Origin: an uncultured Clostridia bacterium
GTDB lineage: Bacteria > Bacillota > Clostridia > Oscillospirales > Acutalibacteraceae
NCBI GenBank assembly: GCA_946184295.1
Contig: CAMHEZ010000001.1
Location: 137,977 to 201,976, forward strand
Direction: 5' to 3'
DNA: 64,000 nt
Positions 26,403 through 35,498 of the stretch are shown one piece after another. Position 1 is the stretch's first letter, and the number at the start of each line of letters is the position of its first letter. Under the pieces are notes generated by a model. The model was not told the DNA's origin and ran no database searches. It saw nothing but the letters and a program-made list of their open reading frames with translations. The position numbers and the translations under genes are program-made.

Positions 26403-26722
26403 GTTGTTTGTCCTCCATTGTCTAATAATTTGTTGATGTTGCCGGTAAGCTGCTTCCATTCGGATTGCAGCGTGTTCATGTAGTCACTGCCTGTTTCGGT
26501 GATGACGTAGTACTTGCGCGGCGGACCGCCGGAGGCCTCTTCGAGATACGAGGTGACATAGCCGTCGTCCTTGAGCCGCCGCAGCACGGGATACACCGAG
26601 CCGTCGGAAATCTCCATGGTCTTGGAAAGCTCGCACGCCACGTCGTAGCCGTAGCGGTCGCCGTCCTGAAGCAGCGACAGCACGCACATTTCCAGCACGC
26701 CTTTTTTGAATTGAATCGTCAA
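26399..26722 (-). CDS. PadR-family transcriptional regulator
   Basis: KKGVLEMCVLSLLQDGDRYGYDVACEL...DGSVYPVLRRLKDDGYV is a PadR winged helix. The likely TTG start at 26722 follows AAAGGGGAAGG. Confidence 0.8.
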   Translation of the reverse strand: MTIQFKKGVLEMCVLSLLQDGDRYGYDVACELSKTMEISDGSVYPVLRRLKDDGYVTSYLEEASGGPPRKYYVITETGSDYMNTLQSEWKQLTGNINKLLDNGGQTT

Positions 26723-26771
26723 ACGACCTTCCCCTTTCCAAATAGAATGTGTCTTTGGAATCGCAGTTGTC

Positions 26772-26789
26772 AATGATTTGTCAATCATT
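26772..26789. promoter_or_regulatory. Candidate PadR operator palindrome
   Basis: AATGATT-TGTC-AATCATT lies between the predicted promoter (minus-strand TTGACA, 17 nt, TGgTATATT) and the padR RBS. Confidence 0.4.
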
Positions 26790-27010
26790 CACTATTATTC
26801 TAAGAACAATACTAATATACCACCAATATACTGCTTTGTCAATAGACTTGCATGATAATGTTGCACAAAAATCAGTCGAAAGATTTGTCAAAGTGTTTTT
26901 CTGCAAACCGTGGTGTTTTTTTGAAATTGTGGCACAGAACCTTGTATCTGTTCTTTTTGTGTGGTATAATAAAAAGCAATACGCACAGGGAAAGGGGCTT
27001 CACAGGCGTT

Positions 27011-27808
27011 ATGGAGCAAATACAGGCAACAGCTCAGACAATGCCACCGCCGACCGATAAAAAGCGCATTGTCCTGATTGACAATCTGCGGGGACTGGCG
27101 CTGGTCTATATGGTGTTCTTCCACTTTATTTACGACATGACCTATCTCGTGCCGACGGAGTGGGGCAGGCACCTGCTCGCCGCCAACGACGGTATCGCCG
27201 TTTTTGACACCGCTGCCTTTATCCTGCTGGCAGGCGTGTCCAGCGCGTTCAGCCGGAGCAATCTCCGGCGGGGCGGCAGGCTGCTGGCCATCGGCATACT
27301 TTTTACACTGGTGACGGCCTTCGTCTTTCCGGGGGAAGCCATCTACTTCGGCATTCTGCAACTGCTGGGCAGCTGCATGGTGCTGTACGGCGCGTTTGAG
27401 GAGCAGCTGAAAAAATGTCCGCCGCCGCTGATACTGGCGCTCTGCGCGGTGCTGTTTGCGCTGACCTTTCCCATCACGCGCGGCTATATCGGCATTGACG
27501 GCCTGTTTCAATGGGAACTGCCGCCGGAGCTGCTCCAAAACAGCTATCTCTATCCCTACGGCATCATCAGGGGCGGTTATTCCTCCGTGGATTACGAACC
27601 GCTGCTGCCGTGGTTTTTCCTCTATTTCGGCGGCACCTGTCTGGGCGGCTATGTAGTGCAGTACCGCGACCGACTGCCGCGGTGGTGCTATGCCGACCCG
27701 CTGCCGCCGCTCAGCTTCATCGGACGGCACTCGCTGTGGGTCTATCTCCTGCACCAGCCAGTTATATTGGGCATCGTTTATCTGATACAATTTATCACTT
27801 ATCTCTGA
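27011..27808 (+). CDS. DUF1624 (heparan-alpha-glucosaminide N-acetyltransferase-like) membrane acyltransferase
   Basis: RIVLIDNLRGLALVYMVFFHFIYD is the family signature, and the protein is polytopic. Promoter: TTGTAT (26942-26947), 17 nt, TGgTATAAT (26965-26970). Confidence 0.75.
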   Translation: MEQIQATAQTMPPPTDKKRIVLIDNLRGLALVYMVFFHFIYDMTYLVPTEWGRHLLAANDGIAVFDTAAFILLAGVSSAFSRSNLRRGGRLLAIGILFTLVTAFVFPGEAIYFGILQLLGSCMVLYGAFEEQLKKCPPPLILALCAVLFALTFPITRGYIGIDGLFQWELPPELLQNSYLYPYGIIRGGYSSVDYEPLLPWFFLYFGGTCLGGYVVQYRDRLPRWCYADPLPPLSFIGRHSLWVYLLHQPVILGIVYLIQFITYL

Positions 27809-27827
27809 AAGGACAGAACAGCAAACC

Positions 27828-29990
27828 ATGAACTTCGCGCAAGCACTCGCCAACGAATTTAACATCAAGCTCACCTATGCCGAGAATATTCTCGCGCTGA
27901 TTGATGACGGCAACACCATTCCCTTTATTGCCCGTTACCGCAAGGAGCAGCATGGCTCGATGGACGACCAGAAGCTCCGTGAAATCTCCGAGCGGTATGA
28001 ATATCTGCAAAATCTGGACAAGCGCCGCACAGAGGTGCGCACCTCGATCGAAAATCTCGGCAAGCTGACCGATGAGCTGGTGACCGCGCTCGACAACGCC
28101 GCTACCCTCACGGAAATTGAAGATATCTACCGCCCCTACAAACCAAAGCGCAAGACCCGCGCCTCGGTCGCCCGTGAAAAGGGGCTGGAGCCGCTGGCGG
28201 CTGCCATCTTCGCGCAGGACACCAAGGACTATCCCATTGATATGGCGGCGGCATTTGTCAACCCCGAAAAGGAAGTCAATACGCCCGAGGAAGCCTTGCA
28301 GGGCGCGCTGGACATTATCGCGGAGGATATCTCTGACAATGCCGAAATCCGCAAGCGCCTGCGCTATGTGGCCTTTGAGAACGGCAGCATTGTGTCCAAA
28401 GCCGCAGACCCCGAGGCGCAGTCGGTCTATGAGAATTATTACGACTATACGGAGCCGATGAAGAAGGCGGCGGGCTACAAGATTCTCGCCATCAACCGCG
28501 GCGAGCATGAGAAATTCCTCAAGGTATCCATTGACTTCGACCACGCCAAAGGCGTGGGCATTCTGACGGGCGCGGTGCTGAAACCCGGTGATTCCCCCTG
28601 TACTGACGCGGTGAGAGCCGCCGCCGAGGACGCGTATGACCGATTGATCTTCCCCTCCATTCAGAATGAGCTGCGGAGCGAGCTGACTGACGCGGCGGTG
28701 GAGAACGCCATCAAGGTGTTTTCCGAGAATTTGCACCAGCTCCTGATGCAGCCGCCGGTGAAGGGCAAAGTTGCCATGGGTCTTGACCCCGGCTACCGCA
28801 TGGGCTGCAAGGTCGCGGTGGTGGACGCGACGGGGCGGCTGCTCAATACAACGGTGATTTACCCTGTGCCGCCCTTTAAGAAGGTCGAGGAAGCCAAGAA
28901 GATCGTCACCAAATTCATCAAGGCCTACGGCGTGGAAATCATCGCCATCGGCAACGGCACGGCGGGTAAGGAAACCGAAATCTTCGCCGCCGACCTGATT
29001 CGTGAACAGAAGCTCAATGTTGCCTACATGGTGGTCAGTGAGGCGGGCGCGTCGGTCTATTCGGCCAGCAAGCTCGCCGCCGAGGAATTTCCGGATTACG
29101 ACGTCAATGTCCGTTCGGCGATTTCCATTGCCCGCCGTTTGCAGGACCCGCTGGCGGAACTCGTCAAGATTGACCCGAAAGCCATCGGCGTGGGGCAGTA
29201 CCAGCACGATATGCCGCAGAAGCGCCTCTCCGAAGCGCTTGACGGCGTGGTGGAGGACTGTGTGAACTCCGTCGGCGTGGATCTGAATACCGCCTCGCCT
29301 GCCCTTCTGAGCAAGGTGGTGGGCATTTCCGCGGCGATTTCCAAAAATATTGTCGCCTACCGCGAGGCCAACGGCGCCTTCCAGAGTCGCAAGGAACTGC
29401 TCAAAGTGTCCAAGCTCGGCCCCAAGGCGTTCGAGCAGTGCGCGGGCTTCATGCGCGTGAGTGAAAGCAAAAATCCCCTCGACGCGACGGCGGTTCACCC
29501 CGAGAGCTACGCGGCGGCGGAGAGCCTGCTGGCCCTCTGCGGCTATGCCCCTGCCGACATCAAAAACGGCGGACTGGGCGATTTGAAACAGAAGGTTGAA
29601 ACAATCGGCTTTGACAAGGCGGCAGAGCAATTGGGCATCGGCGTGCCTACTCTTACCGACATTGTCAGCGAACTCATGAAGCCCGGTCGTGACCCGCGTG
29701 ACGAGCTGCCCCAGCCGCTCCTGCGCACCGACGTGATGGATATCAAGGATTTGAAAGTGGGCATGGAGCTGCAGGGCACCGTCCGCAACGTCATCGACTT
29801 CGGCGCGTTTGTGGATATCGGCGTGCATCAGGACGGTCTGGTCCACATTTCCCAGATTGCCAAGCGCCGTATCAAGCACCCCTCCGAGGTGCTCAAGGTG
29901 GGCGACGTGGTGAAGGTCTGGGTGCTTTCCATCGACGAAGCCAAGGGCCGCATCGGTCTGACCATGAAGGGGGAACCGAAAAAAGCATGA
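27828..29990 (+). CDS. tex: Tex-like transcription accessory protein (YqgF/HhH/S1 domains)
   Basis: 720 aa. N-terminal IPFIARYRKE, a central YqgF-like GLDPGYRMGCKVAVVD, and a C-terminal S1 domain GTVRNVIDFGAFVDIGVHQDGLVHISQ. Confidence 0.95.
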   Translation: MNFAQALANEFNIKLTYAENILALIDDGNTIPFIARYRKEQHGSMDDQKLREISERYEYLQNLDKRRTEVRTSIENLGKLTDELVTALDNAATLTEIEDIYRPYKPKRKTRASVAREKGLEPLAAAIFAQDTKDYPIDMAAAFVNPEKEVNTPEEALQGALDIIAEDISDNAEIRKRLRYVAFENGSIVSKAADPEAQSVYENYYDYTEPMKKAAGYKILAINRGEHEKFLKVSIDFDHAKGVGILTGAVLKPGDSPCTDAVRAAAEDAYDRLIFPSIQNELRSELTDAAVENAIKVFSENLHQLLMQPPVKGKVAMGLDPGYRMGCKVAVVDATGRLLNTTVIYPVPPFKKVEEAKKIVTKFIKAYGVEIIAIGNGTAGKETEIFAADLIREQKLNVAYMVVSEAGASVYSASKLAAEEFPDYDVNVRSAISIARRLQDPLAELVKIDPKAIGVGQYQHDMPQKRLSEALDGVVEDCVNSVGVDLNTASPALLSKVVGISAAISKNIVAYREANGAFQSRKELLKVSKLGPKAFEQCAGFMRVSESKNPLDATAVHPESYAAAESLLALCGYAPADIKNGGLGDLKQKVETIGFDKAAEQLGIGVPTLTDIVSELMKPGRDPRDELPQPLLRTDVMDIKDLKVGMELQGTVRNVIDFGAFVDIGVHQDGLVHISQIAKRRIKHPSEVLKVGDVVKVWVLSIDEAKGRIGLTMKGEPKKA

Positions 29991-30976
29991 TTGTTTCCAT
30001 CTCGCGCCGGATTCTCATGCCGGCTCTGGCGTGTGTGCTGTGTTTTTCCAGTGTGTGCGGTCTGACGGCCTGCCAAAAGGAAATGCCGAAACGGCTGGAC
30101 GGACTGTATGCCTCCGATACGGTTTCCGAGGGCAGCCAAAGCCAAGAGAGTGCCGACAGCGCGGTTTCCGCCGTTGATTCCGACGAAGCGGTTTCTTCCG
30201 CGGCGGAGGTCAAGCAATATCCTGTGCCGAAATTTCAGGCGGGCAACTATGACATGGAGTCCGCCGCCTCGTATGAACATCTGCTGCTGTCGGGCAACGA
30301 GGTGAAGGCCCGCATCGCTATTTCACAGACCTACAATTACCGTATCAAGCTCACCGTCAGCAAGAACGGCGGCATGACCGCCGTCTACACCTTCACCCGC
30401 ATTCGTACCGGCTATGAGGACAGCGAGATCTATACCACCGATACCAACGACAAGAAGGGACGCACCGACGACAATGCCCCGTATTACGACCTGATCGGTC
30501 AGTCCTTCACCGTCAATATCACGAAGGACTGCAAGCTTTCGATCAGCGGCGTGGATAAAATTCACCGCAAGTTCCCCGATACGGCAGATATCATCGGTGA
30601 TGACAACCTTCTGGAAGTCGCAGGCGACCTGTTTTATCCCATTGACGGCGATCTTTCGGTCGGCAGCGCGTGGCAGTTCGACCAAGGCGGCATCGCCAAC
30701 ACCTACACCGTGAGCAAAATCCGGGATAACACCGCCGTCATCAACATCAAAGGCGGCAAGCTGGCGATTCCCGATCCTGTGACCCAGAACGATATCACCT
30801 ACACCTATCGCGAATGCGCCCCCCTGACCGGTTCGGTCGTCATGAATCTGAACAACCGCATGATACAGGAGCAGTCCTCCTATCAGTCCAATTCCGGCGA
30901 CGCGGTTTACAATGGCGCGACCTATGCTTTTGAGGAAATCTCTTCGTCCCTTTGCGAGATTACCAAGGCTAAATAA
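29987..30976 (+). CDS. Putative lipoprotein
   Basis: Signal peptide with lipobox GLTAC. The ATGA overlaps the tex stop. I recognise no family. Confidence 0.65.
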   Translation: MIVSISRRILMPALACVLCFSSVCGLTACQKEMPKRLDGLYASDTVSEGSQSQESADSAVSAVDSDEAVSSAAEVKQYPVPKFQAGNYDMESAASYEHLLLSGNEVKARIAISQTYNYRIKLTVSKNGGMTAVYTFTRIRTGYEDSEIYTTDTNDKKGRTDDNAPYYDLIGQSFTVNITKDCKLSISGVDKIHRKFPDTADIIGDDNLLEVAGDLFYPIDGDLSVGSAWQFDQGGIANTYTVSKIRDNTAVINIKGGKLAIPDPVTQNDITYTYRECAPLTGSVVMNLNNRMIQEQSSYQSNSGDAVYNGATYAFEEISSSLCEITKAK

Positions 30977-31012
30977 TACCATTCAATTCTATTATCGAAA
31001 GGACAGAACAAT

Positions 31013-31402
31013 ATGAATGAAAACATCACTCCCAACAACGACAACATCGAAGAAGTGCTCAGTCAGTTTGACGGCGCCAATGAAGACAGCTACATCTACC
31101 TCACCGACGAGGAGGGCAACGAATATCCCTTTGAATTTCTCGATGTGATTTCCTACGAGGGCGCCGATTACGGCATTTTCTTCCCCGCTCGCGAAGAGGA
31201 CGACGATTCCGACGAGGAGGACGGCGTGGTCATTCTCCTGATTATCCCCAATGCCGACGGCTCAACTGATTTTGTCACGCCCGATGAGGACGACGGCAAG
31301 CTCGACGCGGTGTTTGATCTCTTTATGGAAAATGTCCGCCGTCAGTTTGAGCTGGAGGAAGGCGAAACCGACGAGGATCATACGGGTGCGTCTGAAAAGT
31401 AA
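31013..31402 (+). CDS. DUF1292-family acidic small protein
   Basis: YIYLTDEEGNEYPFEFLDVISYEGADYGIFFP is the core motif, and the protein is very acidic. Confidence 0.75.
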   Translation: MNENITPNNDNIEEVLSQFDGANEDSYIYLTDEEGNEYPFEFLDVISYEGADYGIFFPAREEDDDSDEEDGVVILLIIPNADGSTDFVTPDEDDGKLDAVFDLFMENVRRQFELEEGETDEDHTGASEK

Positions 31403-31429
31403 TTCATCATCTGATTTGACATGAGGCCA

Positions 31430-31470
31430 ATCTCACGCGGTACGGTTATCGTATCGTGTGAGATTTTTTA
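31430..31470 (+). terminator. Intrinsic terminator
   Basis: ATCTCACGCG...CGTGTGAGAT stem followed by T6. Confidence 0.75.
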
Positions 31471-31588
31471 TTTGTCATCAAATTTTTCCCAGTGTTGTCA
31501 CCATGTATAAAATGGACATGACGGCAAACAATAACATCGCACATACAAACATTAAAAGAGTGAATCAGGAAAAGGAGATTTTTGATAT

Positions 31589-32131
31589 ATGAAAGCTACA
31601 GGTATTGTCAGACGCATTGACGACCTTGGCCGCGTGGTCATTCCCAAAGAGATACGCCGCACTATGCGGATTCGTGAGGGAGAATCGCTGGAAATTTACA
31701 CCGACGCGGGCGGCGAGGTGATCTTTAAAAAATACTCGCCCATCGGGGAGCTCGCGCCCTGTTCGGCGCAATACGCGGAGATTCTCGCCAAAAACACCGG
31801 ATTTCCGGTGTTGATCTGCGACCGTGACCATGTGGTGGCGGTTTCGGGTGCGCCCCGGCGGGAGTATATCGACCGGCGCATTACCGTCGAGCTGGAGGCC
31901 TGTATTGACGAACGCGCTCCCTATATCGCCCCGCCGGAGGACGAGCGCCGCGTTTTGCCGGTGGAGGGGGCGGAGCTGGCGGCGACCTGCCTGTTTCCCA
32001 TCATTTCGGCCGGTGATCTCAACGGCGCGGTGGTAATGCTGGAAAAAGAGGGCGGCGAACGTCCCGCAGATATGCAGCGCAAGCTGGCGGAAGTGGCCGC
32101 CGGTTTTCTGGGCAGTCAGATCGAGCAATAG
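31589..32131 (+). CDS. spoVT: Stage V sporulation protein T (AbrB-type N-domain plus GAF-like C-domain)
   Basis: MKATGIVRRIDDLGRVVIPKEIRRTMRIREGESLEIY is near-canonical SpoVT/AbrB. The 180-aa length matches SpoVT. Confidence 0.9.
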   Translation: MKATGIVRRIDDLGRVVIPKEIRRTMRIREGESLEIYTDAGGEVIFKKYSPIGELAPCSAQYAEILAKNTGFPVLICDRDHVVAVSGAPRREYIDRRITVELEACIDERAPYIAPPEDERRVLPVEGAELAATCLFPIISAGDLNGAVVMLEKEGGERPADMQRKLAEVAAGFLGSQIEQ

Positions 32132-32275
32132 TTAAGCGAAGCGCGGGAATCCAAGGGGTGCTGGCACCTCTTGGCCCGTCCAGGGCGGAGCCTTGGCAGG
32201 GAGTAAGCTTTCGCTGGCGAAAGCTAGGACACTCGTCCCACAAGCACGGCCGAAGGCCTGAGGGCAAAACGCGTT
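32131..32275 (+). repeat. GC-rich intergenic repeat element, partial copy 3
   Basis: Head TTAAGCGAAGCGC, then GGGGTGCTGGCACCTC and ...CAGGGAGT..GTCCCACAAGC..GCCGAAGGC parallel copy 1. Confidence 0.55.
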
Positions 32276-32348
32276 TGGATTTTCGATGGGGCTGGGCGAA
32301 TACAGGCGTATTTGCCCGGCCTCATCTGCTGTCTTTGCACGGAAATCA

Positions 32349-32545
32349 ATTTTGGTCGGCGCTTTGTCTGGATTCGCCTGAACTTATCCGACATCTTGGC
32401 GCGTAGCGCTCGGCAAGCTTCGCTTGCGCCTCCCGGGGCGCTGCCCCGGCCCCTGCAAGGGCGCTGCCCTTGACCCGGCAGGAGGTGCCTGCACCCCCTG
32501 CACTCCCACGCTCGCATTCGCTCGCTTAATTGCGCTTCGCTTTTT
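32349..32545 (-). repeat. GC-rich intergenic repeat element, copy 2 (inverted relative to copies 1 and 3)
   Basis: The reverse complement carries the identical 19-mer (32522-32540) and 31-mer (32452-32482) of copy 1. It also has the hairpin CCGGGGC-AGC-GCCCCGG. Confidence 0.7.
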
Positions 32546-32647
32546 TTAAATTGATTTCCCTGCTGTCTTTGATGCGGCTGTTGACAACCCCGGCGGAATA
32601 TGGTATTTTATCTCTGTTAAATGCCGTTTGTGAGAGGGGTTTGGGTC

Positions 32648-35323
32648 ATGGCTTCCAAAAACAGGAGAAAAAAGAAACATTCGCCGACGCACCGTACAAG
32701 CACGTCCGCAAAAGCAGACATGCGCACGGAAAATGCGGTAGATACGTTTTTTGCGGCACATCGGTATGCCGGTGTCTGGCTGTCGGGACTGCTGTCGGTG
32801 GTCGGACTGCTGATCGTGTACGCCTGCATGGGCATCTATCCCTTTGGCGACAAATCGGTGGCAACCATGGATATGATACATCAATATATCCCGTTTTACG
32901 CTTCTCTCAAGCATGCCGTCTTTGGCGGACATGGGCTGGCGTATGCCCAATCGCTCGGCATGGGCGGCAGCTATTGGGGGCTGATCGGCTATTATCTGAC
33001 CAGCCCTTTTGCGGCGCTCTCGCTGTTGGTGCCCAATGACTGCCTCCCGGATTACATGGCTTTGCAGGAATTGGTCAAGGTGGGGCTGGCGGGGTGTTCC
33101 TTCGCGTACTTTGACAGCCGCAAGTTTGGGCGCAACGATCTGACCGTGCCGCTGCTGTCGGTTTGCTACGCGCTGTCCTCCTTTATGCTGGTGCATCTCT
33201 GCACGATTATCTGGAGCGACTGTCTGGTGCTGCTGCCGCTGATTGTGTGGGGGCTGGAGGAGTTGCTGCAAGGCAAAAAGCCCTGGCGGTATGTGCTGTG
33301 TCTGTCGCTCGCCGGTATTTACAATTACTATATGGCCTTGATGATTGGCATCTATCTGGTGCTTTATACAGCGGCGGCGCTGTTGCTACAGAAAGACAGC
33401 CTCACACGCCGCGCACTGATGAGAAAAACGGCGATGTTCGCATCGTGTTCGCTGCTGAGCGTGGGGATTGCGGCGGGGGTCCTGCTGCCATCGGCACTGC
33501 TGCTGCGGGAATCCGGCGCGGCTCCCCATGAGGCAGCGGCAGGCTTCTGGACGATGAACCCCGCCCGATTTGTGCCGCAGCTGCTGTATCACGCGGACAG
33601 TCATTCGCTGGACGAGGCCTCGCTGCCGCTGGTTTACTGCTCAGTGCTGGTGGTGGTGTGTGTGCCGCTGTTTTTTGCGTGCAAGCGCATTGCCGCGCGG
33701 GTCAAGGTCGCTTTTGGCGGACTGGCAGGACTTCTGATGCTTTCGCTGGCGGTCAACCGGCTGAACTTCCTGTGGCATGGCGCACATGTTCCCAATCAGC
33801 TGCCCCATCGCTTTGCGTTTCTGCTGGTGTTCACGCTGCTCACGATGGCGGGATTTGTGATCGACGCGCTTGATTCCTTCTCCACCGTCGCCTTCAACGC
33901 GGTGCTGTGCGGGTTGATGGCGGCGGCTGGCGTTACTTATTTTGTCGGTGGCGGCAGCGACCACATCATGTTGATCGGGACGCTCACGCTGGCGGTGAGC
34001 TATACGGTGATAGGCTTCCTGCGCGCCGAGCGGAAACTTTCCGGCACTGCGGCGCTGCTGCTCATGCAGGCGTTGGTGCTGGCGGAGCTGACTTCCGGCG
34101 GGGTGATGGCGTGGCGCACCGTCGCGGTGGAGTCGTCTTACGCGGTGCGGAAGGATTATGTGTCGCACTGCCGCCGATTGGAACGTGCGATGAAGGGCAT
34201 CGCTGTGAGCGACAGCGACGTGTACCGGGTCGGCACGCTGACCGAGGGCACCTTGAATAATGACGCGCTGGTCGGGCAAAGCGGGCTGTCCTATTTCAGC
34301 TCGACCAATAACGGCGCCCTGCTCCGGCTGCTGCGGCAGGTTGGCTACAACAGCGACCTGCGTGTTTCTTATTATTATAAATGTTTTACGCCGCTGATGG
34401 ATTCGGTGATGAACATCAAATATGTCGTATACAATGAGGATATGGGCGAACTGCCGTATCTGCAAAAGGTGTCGGACAAAGAGGCCGATTGTGTCTACCG
34501 CAATCCGCTGGCGCTGCCGCGGACGTTTGGCGTGGCGGAAGGTTTGCGGCAATGGAACACCGCGCAGGACAATCCCTTTAATGTGCAGAACGATTTTCTG
34601 CGGCGTGCCGTTTCGGACAGCGATCTGACGGTTTATGAACCCGCGGCGCTGTCGGTTGACGCGGCACAGACCTTTGGCGCGGCTGATGAGAACGGGCGTG
34701 TGACGTTCCCGCAAGGCGGCGGAAAGCTCGTCTTATCGGGTACATCGCAAAGCCGCCGGCATTTGTATGTTTATGTGGACGCTGAGGGCGCGTCGGACAT
34801 TCAACTGTCCGTGGGGGAAAAGCAGTACCGTATCAGTGACAAGGACAGCTATGTGCTGGATCTTGGCTGGTGCAGTGAGGGGGAACCGTTTACCGTTGCC
34901 GTGACCGCAACCTGCGCGCTGGACGGCGGGGTTTACGCCGCGTATCTGAATGAAGCCGCGCTGGAAAGCGGTCTGGCACAGCTCGGGCAGCATGGCGCAA
35001 ACATCACCGTATGCAACGATACATGCGTCACCTGTGAGGCAGAAGCGGGGCCGGGGGAACTGTTGTTTACTTCCATTCCTTATGAAAAGGGCTGGCGCGC
35101 CTCGGTCAACGGCAAAGCCGCCGACATTGTGCCGATTGGCGGCGGTCTGGTGGGGGTGCCGCTGACAGAAGGGCATAACACGGTGACGCTGCGTTATACC
35201 GTGCGGGGACTGACTGCGGGGTTGACAATTTCGCTGCTGAGTACGGCGCTGGCGGTGTGGCTGCTGTTCGGCAAAGACATCACCTCTTATCTGCAAAGCA
35301 AAAGAAAATCCACTGTCAAATGA
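32648..35323 (+). CDS. YfhO-family polytopic membrane glycosyltransferase-like protein
   Basis: About 890 aa. The N-terminal half has at least 12 TM helices (YPFGDKS..MDMIHQYIPFY), followed by a large extracytoplasmic C-domain and a terminal TM. Confidence 0.85.
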   Translation: MASKNRRKKKHSPTHRTSTSAKADMRTENAVDTFFAAHRYAGVWLSGLLSVVGLLIVYACMGIYPFGDKSVATMDMIHQYIPFYASLKHAVFGGHGLAYAQSLGMGGSYWGLIGYYLTSPFAALSLLVPNDCLPDYMALQELVKVGLAGCSFAYFDSRKFGRNDLTVPLLSVCYALSSFMLVHLCTIIWSDCLVLLPLIVWGLEELLQGKKPWRYVLCLSLAGIYNYYMALMIGIYLVLYTAAALLLQKDSLTRRALMRKTAMFASCSLLSVGIAAGVLLPSALLLRESGAAPHEAAAGFWTMNPARFVPQLLYHADSHSLDEASLPLVYCSVLVVVCVPLFFACKRIAARVKVAFGGLAGLLMLSLAVNRLNFLWHGAHVPNQLPHRFAFLLVFTLLTMAGFVIDALDSFSTVAFNAVLCGLMAAAGVTYFVGGGSDHIMLIGTLTLAVSYTVIGFLRAERKLSGTAALLLMQALVLAELTSGGVMAWRTVAVESSYAVRKDYVSHCRRLERAMKGIAVSDSDVYRVGTLTEGTLNNDALVGQSGLSYFSSTNNGALLRLLRQVGYNSDLRVSYYYKCFTPLMDSVMNIKYVVYNEDMGELPYLQKVSDKEADCVYRNPLALPRTFGVAEGLRQWNTAQDNPFNVQNDFLRRAVSDSDLTVYEPAALSVDAAQTFGAADENGRVTFPQGGGKLVLSGTSQSRRHLYVYVDAEGASDIQLSVGEKQYRISDKDSYVLDLGWCSEGEPFTVAVTATCALDGGVYAAYLNEAALESGLAQLGQHGANITVCNDTCVTCEAEAGPGELLFTSIPYEKGWRASVNGKAADIVPIGGGLVGVPLTEGHNTVTLRYTVRGLTAGLTISLLSTALAVWLLFGKDITSYLQSKRKSTVK

Positions 35324-35326
35324 CAA

Positions 35327-35382
35327 AAGCGCCTTTCCGCTGCTGAACTAGCAGGGAGAGGCGCTTCTTTTCGCGTTTTTTG
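35327..35382 (+). terminator. Intrinsic terminator after yfhO-like gene
   Basis: AAGCGCCTTTCCGCTGCT...AGCAGGGAGAGGCGCTT followed by CTTTTCGCGTTTTTT. Confidence 0.75.
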
Positions 35383-35498
35383 GCGGGAAAGACCGCAAAA
35401 AATATGATAAAAAGGGGTAGCATTTTTTGATAGGATAGTGTATAATTATTGTGTATGTTTTCTGAGAACGCAAATTCGTAAGGAGGATTGATTGACGT

